NCBI GenBank assembly: GCA_020634155.1
Contig: JACKCI010000001.1
Coordinates: 907,768-971,767, forward strand
DNA length: 64,000 nucleotides
From: Anaerolineales bacterium
GTDB lineage: Bacteria; Chloroflexota; Anaerolineae; Aggregatilineales; J027
Direction of reading: 5' to 3'
Shown piece after piece: positions 1 through 8,651 of this stretch (position 1 is its first letter; the number at the start of each line of letters is the position of its first letter). Below the pieces are notes generated by a model. The model worked only from the letters and a program-made list of their open reading frames with translations. It did no database searches and was not told the DNA's origin. Made by a program: the position numbers and the translations under genes.

Positions 1-955
1 AGGCCTTGGCACGGTCACGCGGCAACCCGCTACTGATGCTATCAGCAACGGTATGAGCAGGGTGTGGCACCATCTCTGGAGCTGTCAAGCCTCGTTCCCA
101 CGCATCCACCAGCGCATCACTTCCCGCCGCTTGAACACCAATCAGGCGAGGCAGTTTATCAACCCATCCCAAATTGTATAACTCTCGACAGCCTTTGTGA
201 ACCCCGCCAATAATACTACCATCCCCCACAGAGACGACTATCACATCAGGGAGGTTCCAGTTCAGTTGTTCAGCAATCTCAAAAGCGACCGTTTTCTTGC
301 CCTCAGTGGTCATCGGATTAATGCCTGTACTGCGGTTGTACCAGCCAAATTCTTGACAGGCTTCAGTACACAAATCAAAAGCTGTATCATAATCCCCATC
401 AACCAAAATCACCCGCGCCCCGAAAATAAGCATTTGAGCAACCTTGGCTTCTGGTGCTGAAGCAGGCACAAAGATAACCGCTTCCGCATCTGGCACGGCG
501 GCACAACAGCCCGCCAAAGCTGCCGCGGCATTGCCAGTGCTGGCGGTGGCAATTACGCGACGACCCAACGTTTGAACCGCGTAATTGACCACCATCGCGC
601 TGGCACGGTCTTTGAGCGAACCCGTTAGGTTAAGACCGTCATTTTTTATACACACTTCCCCGACATCTAGCGCAGTCGCCAGATTTTGGAGGGCGTCATA
701 GCCAATTAAGGGGGTGCCACCTAAAGCAGCCAGACCCGCCACAGGCACGCCCTTCACGGGCAACAAATCGCGTTGACGCCAAAAGGTCAGTGGCCCCTCC
801 GCAGGTTGACGCTGGGTAGTATCGGCATAGAGGACATCCAAGGCCCCAACTTCCCCACAGCGCGGGCAAGCATAGAGTGTGTCGGCAAGGGCATAACGCT
901 CCCCACAGACCACACACTCCAAACCAATGATATGCTCTAACCCGGTAAAATCCAT
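1..955 (-). CDS. Threonine-synthase-like fold-type II PLP enzyme with N-terminal zinc ribbon (5' partial: start at 955, C-terminus beyond window edge)
   Basis: My own translation of the minus strand from ATG (rc of cat 953-955): MDFTGLEHIIGLECVVCGERYALADTLYACPRCGEVGALDV...LNLTGSLKDRAS...IATASTGNAAAALA. It has a CxxC...CxxC ribbon followed by the TGS(F/L)KDR PLP-lysine motif typical of threonine synthase. The ORF track shows no entry because the ORF runs off the edge. The gene overlaps the carbamate kinase stop by 19 nt. Confidence 0.6.
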   Translation of the reverse strand, partial: MDFTGLEHIIGLECVVCGERYALADTLYACPRCGEVGALDVLYADTTQRQPAEGPLTFWRQRDLLPVKGVPVAGLAALGGTPLIGYDALQNLATALDVGEVCIKNDGLNLTGSLKDRASAMVVNYAVQTLGRRVIATASTGNAAAALAGCCAAVPDAEAVIFVPASAPEAKVAQMLIFGARVILVDGDYDTAFDLCTEACQEFGWYNRSTGINPMTTEGKKTVAFEIAEQLNWNLPDVIVVSVGDGSIIGGVHKGCRELYNLGWVDKLPRLIGVQAAGSDALVDAWERGLTAPEMVPHPAHTVADSISSGLPRDRAKA

Positions 956-1881
956 GTTCCGGTCTCCCCATGCAAAGCGCGGCGGATATTGGGCGGGTTG
1001 GTGATTAAGGCACGCGGGCCACCTCGTTCCATAAAGCGAATGACCGCCTCAATTTTAGGCTGCATACTGCCTGCCGCAAAATGCCCCTCTTCCAAAAATT
1101 GACGCGCTTCTGAAAGCGTGATGCTGTCGAGGTCACGCTGTTGGGGGGTGTTGAAGTTCAAGGCTACTTTTTCAACACCTGTCGAGATGATGAACAAGTC
1201 CGCCATCAGTATTTGGGAGAGAAGGCTAGAAGCGCGGTCTTTGTCAATCACTGCCGCAATCCCTCGTAATTCACCCTTGGGGTTGCGAAACACAGGGATA
1301 CCCCCGCCCCCACAAGCGATAACGATATAGTTAGCACGAATCATGGTGCGGATAGCACCTTGTTCGATAATCTCAAGCGGTTCAGGGGAAGCCACAACCC
1401 GCCGCCAACCCCGTCCAGCGTCTTCCATAATCTGCCAGCCTTCGGTCTCAAATTGACGGGCTTGTTCTTCGGTCAGAAAGCTGCCAATCGGCTTGGTCGG
1501 GTTTTCAAATGCAGTATCATTGCGATCTACCAACACTTGGGTGACCATCGTAATTACACTGCGATTAATCCCCCGTAGCCGCAACTCGTTGTTGAGAGCC
1601 TGTTGGAGCATGTAACCAATCGCGCCTTGGGTGTCGGCCCCTATTAAATCAAGCGGGGTGGTATGCACCTCATGGGCAGCCAATTCATTGCGGCGCAAAA
1701 TAAAGCCGACTTGAGGGCCGTTGCCGTGAGTGACCACGACATTCCAGCCCTCCTCGACCATATCGGCAATATGTTGGCAGGTTTCACGCACCGCGTCCCA
1801 CTGGTGAGACACCGCCGTCTTTGATTTTTCAGTGATAAGCGAATTGCCACCGATGGCAATCACGGCTGTTTTCTCTGCCAT
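937..1881 (-). CDS. arcC: Carbamate kinase
   Basis: 314 aa; N-terminal AVIAIGGNSL, HGNGPQVG and internal GGGGIPV motifs of the amino-acid kinase/carbamate kinase family; start codon confirmed at 1879-1881. Confidence 0.85.
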   Translation of the reverse strand: MAEKTAVIAIGGNSLITEKSKTAVSHQWDAVRETCQHIADMVEEGWNVVVTHGNGPQVGFILRRNELAAHEVHTTPLDLIGADTQGAIGYMLQQALNNELRLRGINRSVITMVTQVLVDRNDTAFENPTKPIGSFLTEEQARQFETEGWQIMEDAGRGWRRVVASPEPLEIIEQGAIRTMIRANYIVIACGGGGIPVFRNPKGELRGIAAVIDKDRASSLLSQILMADLFIISTGVEKVALNFNTPQQRDLDSITLSEARQFLEEGHFAAGSMQPKIEAVIRFMERGGPRALITNPPNIRRALHGETGTWILPG

Positions 1882-1890
1882 TGTATTATC

Positions 1891-2874
1891 CTAGCTCATT
1901 GTTAATGCCATAACCGCTTTTTGAACGTGCAGGCGGTTCTCGGCTTCGTCATAAACAATACTTTGCGGGCCATCAATAACCTCGTCGGTTACTTCGATGT
2001 TGCGGTCAGCGGGCAGGCAATGCATATACACGGCGTCTTCGTGGGCCATGCCCATACGACGGCTGTCCGTAATCCAGTCAGTATATTGCTTGCCAATATT
2101 GGCGCTTTCGGTATTGTCCGAGGTGGTCAACATGGCTCCCCAACTCTTGGGATAGACCACATCAGCATCCTTGAAGCCTGCATCGAAGTCATCCAAAATC
2201 TCAAAGCTACCGCGACTCTTGCGGGCATTTTCCTTGGCCTGCTCCAAAATGTCGGGCATCAGCTTATATTCCGGTGGATGGGTCAGGCGCACATTCATGC
2301 CGAAGCGCGTCATCAGCAGAATCAGGCTTTGCGGAACGCTAATCGGCTTTTGGTAACTAGAGGCATAGGCCCAACTGACATTGATGGTCTTACCACGCAG
2401 TCCCTCGCGCCCAAAGCGTTCTTGAATGGTCATCAAGTCCGCCATAATTTGGAAGGGATGGTAAACATCGCATTGCATATTGAGGACTGGTACACGACTA
2501 GCTGCTGCTACATCGCGGATGTATTGGTTGCCAAAGTCCCAATCGCATTGGCGGATAGCAATACCATCGGTATAGCGCCCGATAATCTCGCCAATTTCTT
2601 TGGCAGTATCGCCATGTGAAATCTGAGTGGTGGTACTTTCAATGAATTGAGCATGCCCGCCCAATTGCGCCATACCCGCCTCGAAACTGACACGGGTGCG
2701 GGTGCTGCTGAAGAAGAAAAGCATCCCCAAGACTTTATCGCGCAGATAGGCATGGGGTTCGCCCACCGCCCGCTTGCGTTTGAGGTCAAAGGCGACATCC
2801 ATCACAGTATCAATTTCCGAGCGTGTCCACTCTTGGGTGGTAATCATATCACGCCCACGTAGATGCGTTTGCAT
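1891..2874 (-). CDS. ygeW: YgeW-type (knotted) carbamoyltransferase of the ATCase/OTCase superfamily
   Basis: 327 aa; STRTR carbamoyl-phosphate binding motif and HCLP motif; overall similarity to E. coli YgeW rather than ArgF/PyrB. An alternative start is the internal Met (MITTQEW...). Confidence 0.8.
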   Translation of the reverse strand: MQTHLRGRDMITTQEWTRSEIDTVMDVAFDLKRKRAVGEPHAYLRDKVLGMLFFFSSTRTRVSFEAGMAQLGGHAQFIESTTTQISHGDTAKEIGEIIGRYTDGIAIRQCDWDFGNQYIRDVAAASRVPVLNMQCDVYHPFQIMADLMTIQERFGREGLRGKTINVSWAYASSYQKPISVPQSLILLMTRFGMNVRLTHPPEYKLMPDILEQAKENARKSRGSFEILDDFDAGFKDADVVYPKSWGAMLTTSDNTESANIGKQYTDWITDSRRMGMAHEDAVYMHCLPADRNIEVTDEVIDGPQSIVYDEAENRLHVQKAVMALTMS

Positions 2875-2965
2875 AGGAACTATAATCTCCTGAAATCTAG
2901 TTGATAATCGAGAGTTTCGTCTTGTTATGTCGCATTGTCAAGGGGAATCCGCATAGTATCCCCGT

Positions 2966-4159
2966 CTAGCCAATCATCTTCGGCAGCAACGCATAGAAGG
3001 CCGTCGCCCGCACCACATCATCCAGCGACACACGGTCAAGCACCGTATGAGCATCGACCTCATCACCGGGGCCATAACCAATGCTGGGAATGCCTGCACG
3101 CCCTGCCCAATAGGTGCCATTGGTCGAGAAAGCCCACGTTCCCGTTTGCGGTGCATCTTCGCCCAACGCCTTGAGGGTATTCAACCCCGCCGCTACCAGT
3201 GGGTCGTTTTCCTCATAAAGCCAAGGTGGATAGATTTTGTCCGTCTCAAAGACAAAGCCCGTGTAGCTGGGGTCGTTGTACTTCAAAATCTCGGCTTTCA
3301 CATCATCACGCTTGCCAATGATGGCTTGGATTTGAGCAATAGCGCTCTCAGGAGTCTCGCCAAAGGTGATACGACGGTCAATGTACATCGTGGCTTCATT
3401 CGGCACCGCGTTGAGGCTCGGCGTGGTGACTTCCATGTGTGTTACGGTAATGCGCCCCTGCCCCAACACCTCATGATAGGCCAAGTCAGGTCGCTCCATT
3501 TTGCTGATGGCTTCAATGATAGGCAGCAGTTTATAAATGGCATTGTCGCCGAGATAGTTACTGGCGGCATGGGCGCTCTTGCCCTTGGCGACCACCTTCA
3601 TCTCCACCCGCCCAATATGACCGCGATAGACCTTCATCTTGGTTGGCTCGCCAATCACCACAAAGTCAGGGCGGATACCTTCGACCTCCACAAAAGCTTG
3701 GGGGGCGCTGCCATCATTCCATTCTTCCATATTGCCAAAGTAATAAGCAGTATAGCCTTCCAGCAAGCCAAGGTCACGGGCAATCGCCAGTCCGTAAATC
3801 ATGCCGGGGGTGCTGCCTTTCTCATCACAGGCTCCACGTGCATAAAAGATACCGTCCTCAACCTTGCCTTGGAAGGGGTCCCATTGCCACTCGGCAGGGT
3901 CGCCGACACCGACGGTATCAATGTGGCTATCATAGAGCAGTTTCTTGGGGCCATCGCCAATCTCGCCTACGATATTACCCATTTGGTCAAACCAGACTTT
4001 GTTGAAGCCAAGTTTTCGCATTTCCTCAGCCGCACGTTCCCCGACTTCCTTAATCTGGCTCTCCATACTGGGAATAGCGCACAATTCACGCAGAAAGCGA
4101 ATGATGTCTTCGCGGTGGGCCTCGACACGTTGTTGGATTTGAGATGCTACATCCGACAT
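2966..4159 (-). CDS. ygeY: M20-family metallopeptidase/amidohydrolase, YgeY-like
   Basis: 397 aa; HIDTV...GACDEKG...G(E)EE M20 metal-binding pattern; placed between ygeW-like and HAD genes as in ygeW-ygeY clusters. Confidence 0.8.
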   Translation of the reverse strand: MSDVASQIQQRVEAHREDIIRFLRELCAIPSMESQIKEVGERAAEEMRKLGFNKVWFDQMGNIVGEIGDGPKKLLYDSHIDTVGVGDPAEWQWDPFQGKVEDGIFYARGACDEKGSTPGMIYGLAIARDLGLLEGYTAYYFGNMEEWNDGSAPQAFVEVEGIRPDFVVIGEPTKMKVYRGHIGRVEMKVVAKGKSAHAASNYLGDNAIYKLLPIIEAISKMERPDLAYHEVLGQGRITVTHMEVTTPSLNAVPNEATMYIDRRITFGETPESAIAQIQAIIGKRDDVKAEILKYNDPSYTGFVFETDKIYPPWLYEENDPLVAAGLNTLKALGEDAPQTGTWAFSTNGTYWAGRAGIPSIGYGPGDEVDAHTVLDRVSLDDVVRATAFYALLPKMIG

Positions 4160-4162
4160 GGG

Positions 4163-4813
4163 TTACTCCTTAAAAATAGTTGGTAAATGATCTAATGAAG
4201 GTAAGACCCAATCAGCAATGCTCAAGCGTGGGTCACCATGCAATGAGGGGTCAGGCACCGCCACACAGCGCATTTCAGCGGCCTTTGCTGCCAATATGCC
4301 GCGCATAGAATCCTCAATGACAAGGCAATCAGTGGGCGCGATACCCAACTTGGCAGCCGCCGTCAGGTAAACACCGGGGTGAGGTTTGCCGTAGGGTTCA
4401 AACTCTGCTGAATATAACAGATGAAAATAATCCTGAATAGCCAGCTTTGCCACCACAGCTTCAATCATCGACAGGTCAGATGATGAAGCAATCGCTATGG
4501 GTAACTGACGTTGGCGAATCCACGCAAGGGCCTCCCCCACCCCTGTCATCGGCTGGCCCTGCTCACCGATTAACTCAGTTACACGGTCAACAATCTGCTG
4601 GCGGATGTCGTCAATGGTGGGAGGCATCGACCAAGGCTGGCGCTGATACCAGTATTCAACGGCCTTATCAATTCGCATACCCATCGTCTGCATACAATCG
4701 GCGTGGGTCAAGTGTAGGCCCACTGTGGGATAGATTTCCACCTCAGCTTGTTTCCAATATGGTTCGGAGTCAATCAGTACCCCGTCCATGTCAAAGATGA
4801 CTGCTTTAATCAT
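4163..4813 (-). CDS. HAD-superfamily hydrolase (beta-phosphoglucomutase-like subfamily IA)
   Basis: Motif I IFDMDGVLIDSE at the N-terminus when started at the internal Met (cat 4811-4813), and a C-terminal GD motif. The ORF track extends the start to 4858. The 8-nt overlap with the upstream gene stop (4806) suggests translational coupling. Confidence 0.75.
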   Translation of the reverse strand: MIKAVIFDMDGVLIDSEPYWKQAEVEIYPTVGLHLTHADCMQTMGMRIDKAVEYWYQRQPWSMPPTIDDIRQQIVDRVTELIGEQGQPMTGVGEALAWIRQRQLPIAIASSSDLSMIEAVVAKLAIQDYFHLLYSAEFEPYGKPHPGVYLTAAAKLGIAPTDCLVIEDSMRGILAAKAAEMRCVAVPDPSLHGDPRLSIADWVLPSLDHLPTIFKE

Positions 4814-5456
4814 GTTGCTCCAGTTTCCGGTCGTTCTCTTCTGAAAAGCTAAACGCATCTAGCTCCGCATAGGCCGACTCGACATCGTTCAAAAAGTCGG
4901 TTAAGTTCTCTAGCCTTCCCGTCAAACGGGCTGCTTGGCGCTGGGTGCGGGTGGTATACAACGACTCAAGGTGGGCAGGTATAGCAGCTTGTCGCGCCAA
5001 ATTCGTCTCTAACTGCTCACGTAGATTCTCTCGACGTGCATAAAGTTGGTGGGCCACAGGTGAGCTAGGGTCTCGGAATTGCGCCAAAGACTGCTCTACA
5101 ACCTGATATTCATCAATCAGCGCCGCAATACGGTCCCCCAGTTGTTGGGTCTGGTATAATAGCTCATCAGCTTGGGTACCACGCGGTAGTTGATGACTAG
5201 TCTGATAAACGATGCGCTCAACAGACAACAGGCGCTCATAATACGCACGGTACCGCTTCTCGACATGACCATGTAAAATATCGCGTATCCGCCCATGCTC
5301 AACCGTCAGGGTAGGATTGTGATAGTATAGGCGACGCAAGCGACGCAAACGACCCTCAAGGTCACTAGTCAGCGTGGGCAAGTTGAAAATCATGAATAGT
5401 TGGTCGAGAAAATTTAACAGTGCTGAACGTATGCGGTGCCAAACACTCCGACGCAT
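4806..5456 (-). CDS. Hypothetical helical protein (no recognisable domain)
   Basis: 216-aa ORF in operon position between the PNP-divergent promoter region and the HAD gene; Arg/Leu-rich, predicted alpha-helical. Confidence 0.45.
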   Translation of the reverse strand: MRRSVWHRIRSALLNFLDQLFMIFNLPTLTSDLEGRLRRLRRLYYHNPTLTVEHGRIRDILHGHVEKRYRAYYERLLSVERIVYQTSHQLPRGTQADELLYQTQQLGDRIAALIDEYQVVEQSLAQFRDPSSPVAHQLYARRENLREQLETNLARQAAIPAHLESLYTTRTQRQAARLTGRLENLTDFLNDVESAYAELDAFSFSEENDRKLEQHD

Positions 5457-5510
5457 GGCTTCACCCTCCGTGAAACAATGTTAAAATAAAATGCCATAAT
5501 TACGCAAAAT

Positions 5511-6359
5511 TTGGAGCATGCAATGATTTTTACCTACGACGATTACGCAGCTACGGCTGAGTTCATCCGGTCTCATCTAGAGTTTACCCCACGTATCGGG
5601 ATTATACTTGGCTCTGGTTTGGGACCACTGGCCGACAACATCGACAACCCCACCATCATCCCCTATCATGACATCCCCAACTGGCCCCAATCAACCGTGT
5701 GGGGACACTCTGGGCGCTTGGTGATTGGCACCCTTGAAGACCAGCCCGTGCTGGTGATGCAAGGACGGGTACATTTTTACGAGGGCTATAGCATGCAACA
5801 AGTCACCTTTCCGGTGCGGGTCATGCAGCTATTGGGCATTGAGGTCTTGATACTTACCAACGCGGCAGGCGGCATCAACACCAGTTTCAGCGCGGGTGAC
5901 CTGATGCTGATTGAAGACCACATCAATCTACTCGGTCACATGGGACAAAATGCACTGATGGGGCCAAACGATGAGCGCCTCGGTGAGCGCTTCCCCATCT
6001 TCACCTATGCCTACGACCCCGACCTGCGCCGCCAAGTCATTGCACTAGCCGAGCATGAGAATATCCCCCTCCAACGCGGCATCTATCTATGTCTATCTGG
6101 CCCTGCCTTTGAAACACCAGCCGAAATCCGCATGTTTCGGGCATGGGGAGCCGATGCGGTGGGCATGTCTACTGCCCCCGAAGCCACCGTTGCCGTTCAC
6201 GGCGGGATGCGAGTCATTGGTGTTTCCACCATCACCAATATCGCCATCGACCACCAAGCCGTGCGGCGCGAAGTCAGCCACGAGGAAGTCCTCAAGATCG
6301 GAGCCAAGGCGGTGCCGCGTCTCATGAAGCTGCTCCGAGGGGTCGTCCGCGAATTGTAA
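5511..6359 (+). CDS. punA: Purine nucleoside phosphorylase (trimeric PNP/MTAP family, inosine-guanosine type)
   Basis: 282 aa; GIILGSGLG phosphate loop, LTNAAGG and E...TPAE...GAD motifs of the PNP family I/II. Confidence 0.85.
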   Translation: MEHAMIFTYDDYAATAEFIRSHLEFTPRIGIILGSGLGPLADNIDNPTIIPYHDIPNWPQSTVWGHSGRLVIGTLEDQPVLVMQGRVHFYEGYSMQQVTFPVRVMQLLGIEVLILTNAAGGINTSFSAGDLMLIEDHINLLGHMGQNALMGPNDERLGERFPIFTYAYDPDLRRQVIALAEHENIPLQRGIYLCLSGPAFETPAEIRMFRAWGADAVGMSTAPEATVAVHGGMRVIGVSTITNIAIDHQAVRREVSHEEVLKIGAKAVPRLMKLLRGVVREL

Positions 6360-6385
6360 ACATCAGTTGAAAGGCCAGCGCACCA

Positions 6386-7165
6386 ATGGGAGCTTTTTTC
6401 TCACTCATTGAAAATCTATCCACAGGCCTCTATTTTATTTGTGGAGTTCTGCTCATCTGGAACCTACGGAGCTTGATGCAAGCCCGCCATGAACTGCAAT
6501 TGGCCCAATATGGCTTAGAGCGTGAAATGGCCGAGCGACATGGGGGACGCGCCCTAACCACCGTACTCCTCATGGCGGAATTCATCATTGTCGTGTGGGG
6601 TATCAGTAACTACGCCTCTCCTGCATGGAGCGAGGGCTTGCCCGATAGTGATGCCGAGTCCAACATCGACTCGCCCTTCATTACCAATACACCAGCGGGT
6701 GATGGGAGCTTTGATATTCAGGTACGCACCCTAGCCCCAACCGATGTACTGGCAACAGCAGCAGCCCCCAGCACACCTGTCGGCACCATTGGCCCGCGTA
6801 GCCAGCGCACCGGATGTGATCCTAACCAAGCGTGGATTGAGTACCCCGCCAATGGCATGTATGTTTTTGAAGAAGTTCCGGTCATGGGGACAGCCAACAT
6901 TGAAAACTTCGCCAAATACCGCTTTGAAATCCGCAAAGCCACCGATGTAGACTTCAGCCTCTATAGCAAAGGGGACTACAACCAGCCTGTAGTTGATGGG
7001 GAATTGGGTAGCTTTCTGCCTTCCGTCCTATTACCGGGTGAATACCGCTTTCGCCTGACCGTCTTTGATACCACCAACAACATCCGTGCCAGTTGCGAAA
7101 TCACCATCAACATCATTGAGCCAGTGCCAACCGCAACTCAACTGGGAGCAGTAGGCGTACAATAG
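6386..7165 (+). CDS. Hypothetical membrane protein (two N-terminal TM helices plus about 170-aa extracytoplasmic domain)
   Basis: 259 aa; TM segments LYFICGVLLIWNL and LLMAEFIIVVWGI; stop TAG 7163-7165 overlaps the GTG start of the next gene. Confidence 0.5.
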   Translation: MGAFFSLIENLSTGLYFICGVLLIWNLRSLMQARHELQLAQYGLEREMAERHGGRALTTVLLMAEFIIVVWGISNYASPAWSEGLPDSDAESNIDSPFITNTPAGDGSFDIQVRTLAPTDVLATAAAPSTPVGTIGPRSQRTGCDPNQAWIEYPANGMYVFEEVPVMGTANIENFAKYRFEIRKATDVDFSLYSKGDYNQPVVDGELGSFLPSVLLPGEYRFRLTVFDTTNNIRASCEITINIIEPVPTATQLGAVGVQ

Positions 7166-7515
7166 TGGGTCAACTAGATGCGCTTTTGCAGGTAGATGGT
7201 AGTGAATTTCTGGCGGCTGTTATCGTCGGACCTCAACAGACCATACTGGGTAGCTATGCACAAGTTGGCCTAGATACCACCACCGCCCAAGCGCCACTTG
7301 TGACGACCCAACGCATTTTCAGCAGCCCCGAAAGCCTCACAGCCTTGGCAGAAATGCAAGAGAGTGTATTCTATGACCTAGATGGGCGGCGTTTGGTGTG
7401 CCGCCCAATCATCGTGCGCGGGAAAATCTATGTCTTGATTGTGCTGACATCTGCTGAGAGTACCTATCGACGCACCCTCAATAAGCTAGTGAAAGCCATC
7501 GAAAAGACGCTCTAA
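7165..7515 (+). CDS. Roadblock/LC7-domain protein (MglB-like)
   Basis: 116 aa; pattern LxxLLxVxGxxxAAVIVxxxxTILGSY ... DLDGRRLVxR ... IYVLIVLT aligns with the Roadblock/LC7 profile as I recall it; GTG start overlapping the upstream stop. Confidence 0.45.
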   Translation: MGQLDALLQVDGSEFLAAVIVGPQQTILGSYAQVGLDTTTAQAPLVTTQRIFSSPESLTALAEMQESVFYDLDGRRLVCRPIIVRGKIYVLIVLTSAESTYRRTLNKLVKAIEKTL

Positions 7516-8651
7516 TCAAAGCGCTGCCCGTCAAAGATACCCGCATGGGTGCCATAGAGCAGATGGTCAACCGCCCGCTCGGCAATACCCGCCCCCAACG
7601 AGAGACCATGCCCATTCAAGCCCACCGCGTAGCCAATGCGTGCATCACGCGGCAGTGAGCCAACCATCGGCAAACCATCATCCGTAAAGCCCATAATCCC
7701 TGCCCACCGCCGCACAATCGGGGCCGTTACATCAGGAAAGCGGGTCTTGAGATAAGCCTCAAGAATAGCCTGAACGGGGTCGGTGGTACGGTCTTCGGTG
7801 GTATCCCCCTCAAGGGCCTTGTTCTGCTTACGTCCACCGCCAATGAGCAGACCCCCATCGGGTAAATCGCGGTAATACATATAGCCATAGTCAGAATAGC
7901 CCACCGCGTTGATAACGCGCTCTGGCAAGGGAGCCGTTGCCAAGCATTGAGCGCGATTGGGGGTGACTTTGCCCACAAAATAGGGGTCGAGATAGGGGCT
8001 ATAGGCATTGGTGCAAATCAGCACTTTTTGGGCGCGGACAATCGCCAGCCGTGAATAGACCACCACCTCAGTGGCCTCCGACTCAATGGCATACACCTCT
8101 GAGTTAGCTATCAACTTGGCTTCACTTGCTTGGAAGATAGCATTCAGCAACTGCACAGGATGGATACCCCCGTCCGTCGCTTGGCGAATGGCGGCATAAT
8201 AACCCCGCTGGAGGGGGTCGCTGGATAGGTATTCGCAATCGAAGCCATTGGCCTGCATCCGACGGGTGGATTGCTCCAATTCAAGACGTTCTTCGGGTGT
8301 CTCAGCCAATAGCAGCGAGCTACTCTGTTCCATCCAGACCCCGTGCTGACGAGCCGTGTCTTGCCAAAAGGCCAAAGAGCGCCGCGAAAGTTCCCATATC
8401 TCACGGGTAGCGGCCTCCCCGTAGACCATCTCGGCTTGGTGGTAGTATTTATCGAGACCTGTAATCATAAAGCCAGCGTTGCGGCTGCTGGCTCCCAAAC
8501 CCACATCACGAGCCTCAATGATGGTGGTAGTATATCCAGTTTGATGCAGATACAGGGCCGCCGTGCATCCTAGCAATCCTGCTCCAATAATCACCACATC
8601 GGTTGATTCGACGGGCTGTTCCCCGTTGGCCTGCCACACCGAGACGGTCAT
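7512..8651 (-). CDS. FAD-dependent oxidoreductase (DAO/glycine-oxidase-like)
   Basis: 379 aa; N-terminal VVIIGAGLLGCTAALYL dinucleotide-binding motif and C-terminal G..GHG..G signature of the DAO family. Confidence 0.75.
   Translation of the reverse strand: MTVSVWQANGEQPVESTDVVIIGAGLLGCTAALYLHQTGYTTTIIEARDVGLGASSRNAGFMITGLDKYYHQAEMVYGEAATREIWELSRRSLAFWQDTARQHGVWMEQSSSLLLAETPEERLELEQSTRRMQANGFDCEYLSSDPLQRGYYAAIRQATDGGIHPVQLLNAIFQASEAKLIANSEVYAIESEATEVVVYSRLAIVRAQKVLICTNAYSPYLDPYFVGKVTPNRAQCLATAPLPERVINAVGYSDYGYMYYRDLPDGGLLIGGGRKQNKALEGDTTEDRTTDPVQAILEAYLKTRFPDVTAPIVRRWAGIMGFTDDGLPMVGSLPRDARIGYAVGLNGHGLSLGAGIAERAVDHLLYGTHAGIFDGQRFD

Noticed and set aside
1-955. Considered calling the edge gene diaminopropionate ammonia-lyase (YgeX) because of synteny with ygeW/ygeY
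   Set aside because: The translation shows an N-terminal CxxC..CxxC ribbon and a TGSLKDR lysine motif characteristic of threonine synthase-like enzymes. It has no resemblance to the YgeX N-terminus as I remember it.
696-971. 91-aa ORF 696..971 (-) at the junction of carbamate kinase and the PLP enzyme
   Set aside because: It is in a different frame from the threonine-synthase-like gene that I translated through this region (start 955); Cys/Trp/Gly-rich nonsense translation.
1921-4186. Long antisense ORFs in the track (e.g. 1921..2619 +, 3047..4186 +, 11941..12588 +, 24794..25438 -, 35256..36749 +) overlapping well-supported genes
   Set aside because: They lie opposite or out of frame to genes with strong family signatures. 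They have low-complexity Arg/Gly/His-rich translations typical of GC-rich antisense frames, and no independent motif support.
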